Part shown: positions 44,201 to 57,555 of the stretch, piece after piece
Position numbering within the stretch: position 1 is the first letter of the stretch
Layout of the letters: each line of letters starts with the position of its first letter
Source of the DNA: the human T2T-CHM13v2.0 reference genome, Homo sapiens
Assembly (NCBI RefSeq): GCF_009914755.1
Contig: NC_060933.1
Direction: 5' to 3' (one strand)
DNA: 64,000 nt
The notes under the pieces: model-generated
What the model was told of the DNA's origin: nothing
What the model saw: the letters and a program-made list of their open reading frames with translations, nothing else
Databases searched by the model: none
Program-made: the position numbers and the translations under genes

Positions 44201-44495
44201 ACTCGGGTTGATTCCATTCCTTTCCATTCCATTCCATTCCATTCCGGATGTTTCCATTCCATTGCATTCCGTTCCATTACATTCCCCTGCACTCGCGTTG
44301 ATTCCATTCCATTCCATTCCATTCCATTCCATTCAATTCCATTCCATTACAATTCGTTCCATTCCATTCTATTCCGTACCATTCCATTCCATTCCATACC
44401 ATTCCATTCCATTCCATTCCATTCCACTCCATTCCATTGCACTCGGGTTGATTCCATTCCATTCCATTCCATTCCATTCCATTCCATTCCGGATG
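41226..44495 (+). repeat. HOR unit 4 (3270 bp; long front, beta back = mosaic)
   Basis: 250aa/215aa ORFs as in units 1-2, but the beta-type 265aa ORF at 43749. Confidence 0.9.
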
Positions 44496-47400
44496 ATTCC
44501 ATTCCATTGCATTCCGTTCCATTACATTCCCCTGCACTCGCGTTGATTCCATTCCATTCCATTCCATTCCATTCCATTCCGTTGTACTCGAGTTGATTCC
44601 ATTCCATTGCATTCAATTCCATTCCATTCCATTCCATTGTACTCGAGTTGATTCCATTCCATTGCATTCCATTCCATTCCATTCCATTCCATTCCGTTGC
44701 ATTCCATTCCATTACATTCGGATTGATTCTATTCAACTCCCTTACTCTCCATTACATTCCATTCCATTCGGGTTGTTCCATTCCATTCCATTCCATTCCA
44801 CTCCATTCCATTGCACTCGGGTTGATTCCATTCCATTCCATTCCATTCCATTCCATTCCGGATGATTCCATTCCATTGCATTCCGTTCCATTACATTCCC
44901 CTGCACTCGCGTTGATTCCATTCCATTCCATTCCATTCCATTCCATTCCATTCAATTCCATTCCATTGCAATTCGTTCCATTCCATTCTATTCCGTACCA
45001 TTCCATTCCATTCCATACCATTCCATTCCATTCCATTCCATTCCGTTCAGTTCTGTTCCTTTTCATTCCATTCCATTCTATTCGGTTTAATTCCATTCCA
45101 TTCCATTCCATTCCATTCCATTCTATTCCATTCCATTGCAATCGAGTTGAATCCATTGCATTTCATTCCATTCCATTCCATTCCATTCCATTCCATTCCA
45201 TTCCGGAAGATTCCATTCCATTGCATTCCATTCCATTCCATTCCCCTGCACTCGCGTTGATTCCATTCCATTCCATTCCATTCCATTCCATTCCATTCCG
45301 TTCCGTTCAATTCCATTCCATTCCATTCCATTCCATTCCATTCCATTCCATTCTATTCGGGTTAATTCCATTCCATTGCATTCGATTGCAATCGAGTTGA
45401 TTCCGTTCCATTCCATTCCATTCCATTCCATTCCATTCCATTCCATTCCTTTCCATTCCATTACGGATGATTCCATTCTATTGCATTCCATTCCATTCCA
45501 TTCCCCTGTACTCGGGTTCATTCCATTCCATTCCATTCCAATCCATGCCATTCCACTCGTGTTGATTCCATTCTTTCCATTCCATTCAAGTTGAATCCAT
45601 TCCATTGCATTCCATTCCATTCGATTCCATTCGATTGCACGCGGGTTGATTCCATTTCATTGCATTCCATTCCATTCCATTCCATTCCATTCCATTCCAT
45701 TCCATTCCATTCCATTCCGTTCCTCTCCATTCCATTGCACTCGGGTTGATTCCATTCCATTGCATTCCATTCCATTCCATTCAATTCCATTCCGTTCCAT
45801 TCCATTCCATTACATTCGGATTGATTCTATTCAACTCCCTTACTCTCCATTACATTCCATTCCATTCGGGTTGTTCCATTCCATTCCATTCCATTCCACT
45901 CCATTCCACTGCACTCGGGTTGATTCCATTCCATTCCATTCCATTCCATTCCATTCCGGAAGATTCCATTCCATTGCATTCCATTCCATTCCATTCCCCT
46001 GCACTCGCGTTGATTCCATTCCATTCCATTCTATTCCATTCCATTCCCTTTCTTTCCGTTCCATTCCATACCATTCCATTCCATTCCGTTCCGTTCCGTT
46101 CCATTCCATTCCATTCCATTCTATTTGGGTTAATTCCATTCCATTCCATTCGATTGCAATCGAGTTGATTCTATTCCATTCCATTCCATTCCATTCCATT
46201 CCATTCCATTCCATTCCATTCCTTTCCATTCCATTACGGATGATTCCATTCCATTGCATTCCATTCCATTCCATTGCATTCCATTCCATTCCATTCCCCT
46301 GTACTCGGGTTGACTCCATTCCATTCCATTCCAATCCATGCCATTCCACTCGTGTTGATTCCATTCTTTCCATTCCATTCAAGTTGAATCCATTCCATTG
46401 CATTCCATTCCATTCCATTCCCCTGCAGTCTGGTTGATTCCATTCCATTCCATTCCATTCCATTCCATTCCATTCCATTCCGTTCCGTTCCGTTCCATTC
46501 CATTCCATTGCATTCTATTCGGGTTAATTCCATTCCATTCCATTCCATTCCATTCCATTCCATTCCAATCGAGTTGATTCCATTCCATTCCATTCCATTC
46601 CATTCCACTCCATTCCAGTCCTTTCCATTCCATTCCACTCGGGTTGATTCCAATGTATTCCTTTCCATTCCATTCCATTCCATTGCAATCGAGTTGATTC
46701 CATTGCTTTGCATTCCATTCCATTCCATTCGATTCCGGATGACTCCATTCCATTGCATTCCATTCCATTGCATTCCCCTGCAGTCGGGTTGATTCCATTC
46801 CATTCCACTCCATTCCATTGCATTCCATTCCATTCCATTGTATTCGGGTTAATTCCATTCCATTCCATTCCATTCCATTCCATTCCATTACAATCGAGTT
46901 GATTCCATTCCATTCCATTCCATTCCATTCCAGTCCTTTCCATTCCATTCCACTCGGGTTCATTCCATTCTATTAGTTTCCATTCCATTCCGTTCCCTTC
47001 CATTCCACTCTGGTTGATTCCATTCCTTTCCATTCCACTCGAATACATTCCCTCCTATTCCACTCGGAACGATTCCATTCCATTCCATTCCATTCCATTC
47101 CATTCCATTCCATTCCATTCCATTCCATTTCGTTCCATCACATTCTATTCCGTATCATTCCATTCCATTCCATTCCATTCCATTCCATTCCATTCCATTC
47201 CACTCGTGTTGATTCCATTCCTTTCCATTCCATTCGGTTTGAAGGCATTCCATTCCATTCCATTCCATTCCATTCCATTCCATTCCATTGTACTCGGGTT
47301 GATTCCATTCCATTGCATTCCATCCCATTCCATTCCATTCCAATCCGTTGCATTCCATTCCATTACATTCGGATTGATTCTATTCAACTACCTTACTCTC

Positions 47401-47760
47401 CATTACATTCCATTCCATTCGGGTTGTTCCATTCCATTCCATTCCATTCCACTCCATTCCATTGCACTCGGGTTGATTCCATTCCTTTCCATTCCATTCC
47501 ATTCCATTCCGGATGTTTCCATTCCATTGCATTCCGTTCCATTACATTCCCCTGCACTCGCGTTGATTCCATTCCATTCCATTCCATTCCATTCCATTCA
47601 ATTCCATTCCATTACAATTCGTTCCATTCCATTCTATTCCGTACCATTCCATTCCATTCCATACCATTCCATTCCATTCCATTCCATTCCACTCCATTCC
47701 ATTGCACTCGGGTTGATTCCATTCCATTCCATTCCATTCCATTCCATTCCATTCCGGATG
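44496..47760 (+). repeat. HOR unit 5 (3265 bp; outlier with private variants)
   Basis: Pentamer changes of -5, +10, -5, -5 relative to unit 1; private substitutions at 45049 (TTCAG vs TTCCG) and 45519 (GGTTCA vs GGTTGA). Confidence 0.9.
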
Positions 47761-50700
47761 ATTCCATTCCATTGCATTCCGTTCCATTACATTCCCCTGC
47801 ACTCGCGTTGATTCCATTCCATTCCATTCCATTCCATTCCATTCCGTTGTACTCGAGTTGATTCCATTCCATTGCATTCAATTCCATTCCATTCCATTCC
47901 ATTGTACTCGAGTTGATTCCATTCCATTGCATTCCATTCCATTCCATTCCATTCCATTCCGTTGCATTCCATTCCATTACATTCGGATTGATTCTATTCA
48001 ACTCCCTTACTCTCCATTACATTCCATTCCATTCGGGTTGTTCCATTCCATTCCATTCCATTCCACTCCATTCCATTGCACTCGGGTTGATTCCATTCCA
48101 TTCCATTCCATTCCATTCCATTCCGGATGATTCCATTCCATTGCATTCCGTTCCATTACATTCCCCTGCACTCGCGTTGATTCCATTCCATTCCATTCCA
48201 TTCCATTCCATTCCATTCAATTCCATTCCATTGCAATTCGTTCCATTCCATTCTATTCCGTACCATTCCATTCCATTCCATACCATTCCATTCCATTCCA
48301 TTCCATTCCGTTCCGTTCTGTTCCTTTTCATTCCATTCCATTCTATTCGGTTTAATTCCATTCCATTCCATTCCATTCCATTCCATTCTATTCCATTCCA
48401 TTGCAATCGAGTTGAATCCATTGCATTTCATTCCATTCCATTCCATTCCATTCCATTCCATTCCATTCCGGAAGATTCCATTCCATTGCATTCCATTCCA
48501 TTCCATTCCCCTGCACTCGCGTTGATTCCATTCCATTCCATTCCATTCCATTCCATTCCATTCCGTTCCGTTCAATTCCATTCCATTCCATTCCATTCCA
48601 TTCCATTCCATTCCATTCTATTCGGGTTAATTCCATTCCATTGCATTCGATTGCAATCGAGTTGATTCCGTTCCATTCCATTCCATTCCATTCCATTCCA
48701 TTCCATTCCATTCCATTCCTTTCCATTCCATTACGGATGATTCCATTCTATTGCATTCCATTCCATTCCATTCCCCTGTACTCGGGTTGATTCCATTCCA
48801 TTCCATTCCAATCCATGCCATTCCACTCGTGTTGATTCCATTCTTTCCATTCCATTCAAGTTGAATCCATTCCATTGCATTCCATTCCATTCGATTCCAT
48901 TCGATTGCACGCGGGTTGATTCCATTTCATTGCATTCCATTCCATTCCATTCCATTCCATTCCATTCCATTCCATTCCGTTCCTCTCCATTCCATTGCAC
49001 TCGGGTTGATTCCATTCCATTGCATTCCATTCCATTCCATTCAATTCCATTCCGTTCCATTCCATTCCATTACATTCGGATTGATTCTATTCAACTCCCT
49101 TACTCTCCATTACATTCCATTCCATTCGGGTTGTTCCATTCCATTCCATTCCATTCCACTCCATTCCACTGCACTCGGGTTGATTCCATTCCATTCCATT
49201 CCATTCCATTCCATTCCGGAAGATTCCATTCCATTGCATTCCATTCCATTCCATTCCCCTGCACTCGCGTTGATTCCATTCCATTCCATTCTATTCCATT
49301 CCATTCCCTTTCTTTCCGTTCCATTCCATACCATTCCATTCCATTCCGTTCCGTTCCGTTCCATTCCATTCCATTCCATTCTATTTGGGTTAATTCCATT
49401 CCATTCCATTCGATTGCAATCGAGTTGATTCTATTCCATTCCATTCCATTCCATTCCATTCCATTCCATTCCATTCCATTCCATTCCTTTCCATTCCATT
49501 ACGGATGATTCCATTCCATTGCATTCCATTCCATTCCATTGCATTCCATTCCATTCCATTCCCCTGTACTCGGGTTGACTCCATTCCATTCCATTCCAAT
49601 CCATGCCATTCCACTCGTGTTGATTCCATTCTTTCCATTCCATTCAAGTTGAATCCATTCCATTGCATTCCATTCCATTCCATTCCCCTGCAGTCTGGTT
49701 GATTCCATTCCATTCCATTCCATTCCATTCCATTCCATTCCATTCCGTTCCGTTCCGTTCCATTCCATTCCATTGCATTCTATTCGGGTTAATTCCATTC
49801 CATTCCATTCCATTCCATTCCATTCCATTCCATTCCAATCGAGTTGATTCCATTCCATTCCATTCCATTCCATTCCACTCCATTCCAGTCCTTTCCATTC
49901 CATTCCACTCGGGTTGATTCCAATGTATTCCTTTCCATTCCATTCCATTCCATTGCAATCGAGTTGATTCCATTGCTTTGCATTCCATTCCATTCCATTC
50001 GATTCCGGATGACTCCATTCCATTGCATTCCATTCCATTGCATTCCCCTGCAGTCGGGTTGATTCCATTCCATTCCACTCCATTCCATTGCATTCCATTC
50101 CATTCCATTGTATTCGGGTTAATTCCATTCCATTCCATTCCATTCCATTCCATTCCATTACAATCGAGTTGATTCCATTCCATTCCATTCCATTCCATTC
50201 CAGTCCTTTCCATTCCATTCCACTCGGGTTCATTCCATTCTATTAGTTTCCATTCCATTCCGTTCCCTTCCATTCCACTCTGGTTGATTCCATTCCTTTC
50301 CATTCCACTCGAATACATTCCCTCCTATTCCACTCGGAACGATTCCATTCCATTCCATTCCATTCCATTCCATTCCATTCCATTCCATTCCATTCCATTT
50401 CGTTCCATCACATTCTATTCCGTATCATTCCATTCCATTCCATTCCATTCCATTCCATTCCATTCCATTCCACTCGTGTTGATTCCATTCCTTTCCATTC
50501 CATTCGGTTTGAAGGCATTCCATTCCATTCCATTCCATTCCATTCCATTCCATTCCATTGTACTCGGGTTGATTCCATTCCATTGCATTCCATCCCATTC
50601 CATTCCATTCCAATCCGTTGCATTCCATTCCATTACATTCGGATTGATTCTATTCAACTACCTTACTCTCCATTACATTCCATTCCATTCGGGTTGTTCC

Positions 50701-51030
50701 ATTCCATTCCATTCCATTCCACTCCATTCCATTGCACTCGGGTTGATTCCATTCCTTTCCATTCCATTCCATTCCATTCCGGATGTTTCCATTCCATTGC
50801 ATTCCGTTCCATTACATTCCCCTGCACTCGCGTTGATTCCATTCCATTCCATTCCATTCCATTCCATTCAATTCCATTCCATTACAATTCGTTCCATTCC
50901 ATTCTATTCCGTACCATTCCATTCCATTCCATACCATTCCATTCCATTCCATTCCATTCCACTCCATTCCATTGCACTCGGGTTGATTCCATTCCATTCC
51001 ATTCCATTCCATTCCATTCCATTCCGGATG
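47761..51030 (+). repeat. HOR unit 6 (3270 bp; long-alpha)
   Basis: ORF set matches units 1-2. Confidence 0.92.
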
Positions 51031-54000
51031 ATTCCATTCCATTGCATTCCGTTCCATTACATTCCCCTGCACTCGCGTTGATTCCATTCCATTCCATTCC
51101 ATTCCATTCCATTCCGTTGTACTCGAGTTGATTCCATTCCATTGCATTCAATTCCATTCCATTCCATTCCATTGTACTCGAGTTGATTCCATTCCATTGC
51201 ATTCCATTCCATTCCATTCCATTCCATTCCGTTGCATTCCATTCCATTACATTCGGATTGATTCTATTCAACTCCCTTACTCTCCATTACATTCCATTCC
51301 ATTCGGGTTGTTCCATTCCATTCCATTCCATTCCACTCCATTCCATTGCACTCGGGTTGATTCCATTCCATTCCATTCCATTCCATTCCATTCCGGATGA
51401 TTCCATTCCATTGCATTCCGTTCCATTACATTCCCCTGCACTCGCGTTGATTCCATTCCATTCCATTCCATTCCATTCCATTCCATTCAATTCCATTCCA
51501 TTGCAATTCGTTCCATTCCATTCTATTCCGTACCATTCCATTCCATTCCATACCATTCCATTCCATTCCATTCCATTCCGTTCCGTTCTGTTCCTTTTCA
51601 TTCCATTCCATTCTATTCGGTTTAATTCCATTCCATTCCATTCCATTCCATTCCATTCTATTCCATTCCATTGCAATCGAGTTGAATCCATTGCATTTCA
51701 TTCCATTCCATTCCATTCCATTCCATTCCATTCCATTCCGGAAGATTCCATTCCATTGCATTCCATTCCATTCCATTCCCCTGCACTCGCGTTGATTCCA
51801 TTCCATTCCATTCCATTCCATTCCATTCCGTTCCGTTCAATTCCATTCCATTCCATTCCATTCCATTCCATTCCATTCCATTCTATTCGGGTTAATTCCA
51901 TTCCATTGCATTCGATTGCAATCGAGTTGATTCCGTTCCATTCCATTCCATTCCATTCCATTCCATTCCATTCCATTCCTTTCCATTCCATTACGGATGA
52001 TTCCATTCTATTGCATTCCATTCCATTCCATTCCCCTGTACTCGGGTTGATTCCATTCCATTCCATTCCAATCCATGCCATTCCACTCGTGTTGATTCCA
52101 TTCTTTCCATTCCATTCAAGTTGAATCCATTCCATTGCATTCCATTCCATTCGATTCCATTCGATTGCACGCGGGTTGATTCCATTTCATTGCATTCCAT
52201 TCCATTCCATTCCATTCCATTCCATTCCATTCCATTCCGTTCCTCTCCATTCCATTGCACTCGGGTTGATTCCATTCCATTGCATTCCATTCCATTCCAT
52301 TCAATTCCATTCCGTTCCATTCCATTCCATTACATTCGGATTGATTCTATTCAACTCCCTTACTCTCCATTACATTCCATTCCATTCGGGTTGTTCCATT
52401 CCATTCCATTCCATTCCACTCCATTCCACTGCACTCGGGTTGATTCCATTCCATTCCATTCCATTCCATTCCATTCCGGAAGATTCCATTCCATTGCATT
52501 CCATTCCATTCCATTCCCCTGCACTCGCGTTGATTCCATTCCATTCCATTCTATTCCATTCCATTCCCTTTCTTTCCGTTCCATTCCATACCATTCCATT
52601 CCATTCCGTTCCGTTCCGTTCCATTCCATTCCATTCCATTCTATTTGGGTTAATTCCATTCCATTCCATTCGATTGCAATCGAGTTGATTCTATTCCATT
52701 CCATTCCATTCCATTCCATTCCATTCCATTCCATTCCATTCCTTTCCATTCCATTACGGATGATTCCATTCCATTGCATTCCATTCCATTCCATTGCATT
52801 CCATTCCATTCCATTCCCCTGTACTCGGGTTGACTCCATTCCATTCCATTCCAATCCATGCCATTCCACTCGTGTTGATTCCATTCTTTCCATTCCATTC
52901 AAGTTGAATCCATTCCATTGCATTCCATTCCATTCCATTCCCCTGCAGTCTGGTTGATTCCATTCCATTCCATTCCATTCCATTCCATTCCATTCCATTC
53001 CGTTCCGTTCCGTTCCATTCCATTCCATTGCATTCTATTCGGGTTAATTCCATTCCATTCCATTCCATTCCATTCCATTCCATTCCATTCCAATCGAGTT
53101 GATTCCATTCCATTCCATTCCATTCCATTCCACTCCATTCCAGTCCTTTCCATTCCATTCCACTCGGGTTGATTCCAATGTATTCCTTTCCATTCCATTC
53201 CATTCCATTGCAATCGAGTTGATTCCATTGCTTTGCATTCCATTCCATTCCATTCGATTCCGGATGACTCCATTCCATTGCATTCCATTCCATTGCATTC
53301 CCCTGCAGTCGGGTTGATTCCATTCCATTCCACTCCATTCCATTGCATTCCATTCCATTCCATTGTATTCGGGTTAATTCCATTCCATTCCATTCCATTC
53401 CATTCCATTCCATTACAATCGAGTTGATTCCATTCCATTCCATTCCATTCCATTCCAGTCCTTTCCATTCCATTCCACTCGGGTTCATTCCATTCTATTA
53501 GTTTCCATTCCATTCCGTTCCCTTCCATTCCACTCTGGTTGATTCCATTCCTTTCCATTCCACTCGAATACATTCCCTCCTATTCCACTCGGAACGATTC
53601 CATTCCATTCCATTCCATTCCATTCCATTCCATTCCATTCCATTCCATTTCGTTCCATCACATTCTATTCCGTATCATTCCATTCCATTCCATTCCATTC
53701 CATTCCATTCCATTCCATTCCACTCGTGTTGATTCCATTCCTTTCCATTCCATTCGGTTTGAAGGCATTCCATTCCATTCCATTCCATTCCATTCCATTC
53801 CATTCCATTCCATTGTACTCGGGTTGATTCCATTCCATTGCATTCCATCCCATTCCATTCCATTCCAATCCGTTGCATTCCATTCCATTACATTCGGATT
53901 GATTCTATTCAACTACCTTACTCTCCATTACATTCCATTCCATTCGGGTTGTTCCATTCCATTCCATTCCATTCCACTCCATTCCATTGCACTCGGGTTG

Positions 54001-54285
54001 ATTCCATTCCTTTCCATTCCATTCCATTCCATTCCGGATGTTTCCATTCCATTGCATTCCGTTCCATTACATTCCCCTGCACTCGCGTTGATTCCATTCC
54101 ATTCCATTCCATTCCATTCCATTCAATTCCATTCCATTACAATTCGTTCCATTCCATTCTATTCCGTACCATTCCATTCCATTCCATACCATTCCATTCC
54201 ATTCCATTCCATTCCACTCCATTCCATTGCACTCGGGTTGATTCCATTCCATTCCATTCCATTCCATTCCATTCCATTCCGGATG
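51031..54285 (+). repeat. HOR unit 7 (3255 bp; short-beta)
   Basis: ORF set matches unit 3 (313aa at 51183, 278aa at 52121, beta 265aa at 53539). Confidence 0.92.
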
Positions 54286-57200
54286 ATTCCATTCCATTGC
54301 ATTCCGTTCCATTACATTCCCCTGCACTCGCGTTGATTCCATTCCATTCCATTCCATTCCATTCCATTCCGTTGTACTCGAGTTGATTCCATTCTATTGC
54401 ATTCAATTCCATTCCATTCCATTCCATTGTACTCGAGTTGATTCCATTCCATTGCATTCCATTCCATTCCATTCCATTCCATTCCGTTGCATTCCATTCC
54501 ATTACATTCGGATTGATTCTATTCAACTCCCTTACTCTCCATTACATTCCATTCCATTCGGGTTGTTCCATTCCATTCCATTCCATTCCACTCCATTCCA
54601 TTGCACTCGGGTTGATTCCATTCCATTCCATTCCATTCCATTCCATTCCGGATGATTCCATTCCATTGCATTCCGTTCCATTACATTCCCCTGCACTCGC
54701 GTTGATTCCATTCCATTCCATTCCATTCCATTCCATTCCATTCAATTCCATTCCATTGCAATTCGTTCCATTCCATTCTATTCCGTACCATTCCATTCCA
54801 TTCCATACCATTCCATTCCATTCCATTCCATTCCGTTCCGTTCTGTTCCTTTTCATTCCATTCCATTCTATTCGGTTTAATTCCATTCCATTCCATTCCA
54901 TTCCATTCCATTCTATTCCATTCCATTGCAATCGAGTTGAATCCATTGCATTTCATTCCATTCCATTCCATTCCATTCCATTCCATTCCATTCCGGAAGA
55001 TTCCATTCCATTGCATTCCATTCCATTCCATTCCCCTGCACTCGCGTTGATTCCATTCCATTCCATTCCATTCCATTCCATTCCATTCCGTTCCGTTCAA
55101 TTCCATTCCATTCCATTCCATTCCATTCCATTCCATTCCATTCTATTCGGGTTAATTCCATTCCATTGCATTCGATTGCAATCGAGTTGATTCCGTTCCA
55201 TTCCATTCCATTCCATTCCATTCCATTCCATTCCATTCCATTCCTTTCCATTCCATTACGGATGATTCCATTCTATTGCATTCCATTCCATTCCATTCCC
55301 CTGTACTCGGGTTGATTCCATTCCATTCCATTCCAATCCATGCCATTCCACTCGTGTTGATTCCATTCTTTCCATTCCATTCAAGTTGAATCCATTCCAT
55401 TGCATTCCATTCCATTCGATTCCATTCGATTGCACGCGGGTTGATTCCATTTCATTGCATTCCATTCCATTCCATTCCATTCCATTCCATTCCATTCCAT
55501 TCCGTTCCTCTCCATTCCATTGCACTCGGGTTGATTCCATTCCATTGCATTCCATTCCATTCCATTCAATTCCATTCCGTTCCATTCCATTCCATTACAT
55601 TCGGATTGATTCTATTCAACTCCCTTACTCTCCATTACATTCCATTCCATTCGGGTTGTTCCATTCCATTCCATTCCATTCCACTCCATTCCACTGCACT
55701 CGGGTTGATTCCATTCCATTCCATTCCATTCCATTCCATTCCGGAAGATTCCATTCCATTGCATTCCATTCCATTCCATTCCCCTGCACTCGCGTTGATT
55801 CCATTCCATTCCATTCTATTCCATTCCATTCCCTTTCTTTCCGTTCCATTCCATACCATTCCATTCCATTCCGTTCCGTTCCGTTCCATTCCATTCCATT
55901 CCATTCTATTTGGGTTAATTCCATTCCATTCCATTCGATTGCAATCGAGTTGATTCTATTCCATTCCATTCCATTCCATTCCATTCCATTCCATTCCATT
56001 CCATTCCATTCCTTTCCATTCCATTACGGATGATTCCATTCCATTGCATTCCATTCCATTCCATTGCATTCCATTCCATTCCATTCCCCTGTACTCGGGT
56101 TGACTCCATTCCATTCCATTCCAATCCATGCCATTCCACTCGTGTTGATTCCATTCTTTCCATTCCATTCAAGTTGAATCCATTCCATTGCATTCCATTC
56201 CATTCCATTCCCCTGCAGTCTGGTTGATTCCATTCCATTCCATTCCATTCCATTCCATTCCATTCCATTCCGTTCCGTTCCGTTCCATTCCATTCCATTG
56301 CATTCTATTCGGGTTAATTCCATTCCATTCCATTCCATTCCATTCCATTCCATTCCATTCCAATCGAGTTGATTCCATTCCATTCCATTCCATTCCATTC
56401 CACTCCATTCCAGTCCTTTCCATTCCATTCCACTCGGGTTGATTCCAATGTATTCCTTTCCATTCCATTCCATTCCATTGCAATCGAGTTGATTCCATTG
56501 CTTTGCATTCCATTCCATTCCATTCGATTCCGGATGACTCCATTCCATTGCATTCCATTCCATTGCATTCCCCTGCAGTCGGGTTGATTCCATTCCATTC
56601 CACTCCATTCCATTGCATTCCATTCCATTCCATTGTATTCGGGTTAATTCCATTCCATTCCATTCCATTCCATTCCATTCCATTACAATCGAGTTGATTC
56701 CATTCCATTCCATTCCATTCCATTCCAGTCCTTTCCATTCCATTCCACTCGGGTTCATTCCATTCTATTAGTTTCCATTCCATTCCGTTCCCTTCCATTC
56801 CACTCTGGTTGATTCCATTCCTTTCCATTCCACTCGAATACATTCCCTCCTATTCCACTCGGAACGATTCCATTCCATTCCATTCCATTCCATTCCATTC
56901 CATTCCATTCCATTCCATTCCATTTCGTTCCATCACATTCTATTCCGTATCATTCCATTCCATTCCATTCCATTCCATTCCATTCCATTCCATTCCACTC
57001 GTGTTGATTCCATTCCTTTCCATTCCATTCGGTTTGAAGGCATTCCATTCCATTCCATTCCATTCCATTCCATTCCATTCCATTGTACTCGGGTTGATTC
57101 CATTCCATTGCATTCCATCCCATTCCATTCCATTCCAATCCGTTGCATTCCATTCCATTACATTCGGATTGATTCTATTCAACTACCTTACTCTCCATTA

Positions 57201-57555
57201 CATTCCATTCCATTCGGGTTGTTCCATTCCATTCCATTCCATTCCACTCCATTCCATTGCACTCGGGTTGATTCCATTCCTTTCCATTCCATTCCATTCC
57301 ATTCCGGATGTTTCCATTCCATTGCATTCCGTTCCATTACATTCCCCTGCACTCGCGTTGATTCCATTCCATTCCATTCCATTCCATTCCATTCAATTCC
57401 ATTCCATTACAATTCGTTCCATTCCATTCTATTCCGTACCATTCCATTCCATTCCATACCATTCCATTCCATTCCATTCCATTCCACTCCATTCCATTGC
57501 ACTCGGGTTGATTCCATTCCATTCCATTCCATTCCATTCCATTCCATTCCGGATG
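54286..57555 (+). repeat. HOR unit 8 (3270 bp; long-alpha, one private SNV)
   Basis: ORF set as in unit 1 except C>T at 54395 (MIPFYCIQ vs MIPFHCIQ). Confidence 0.92.
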
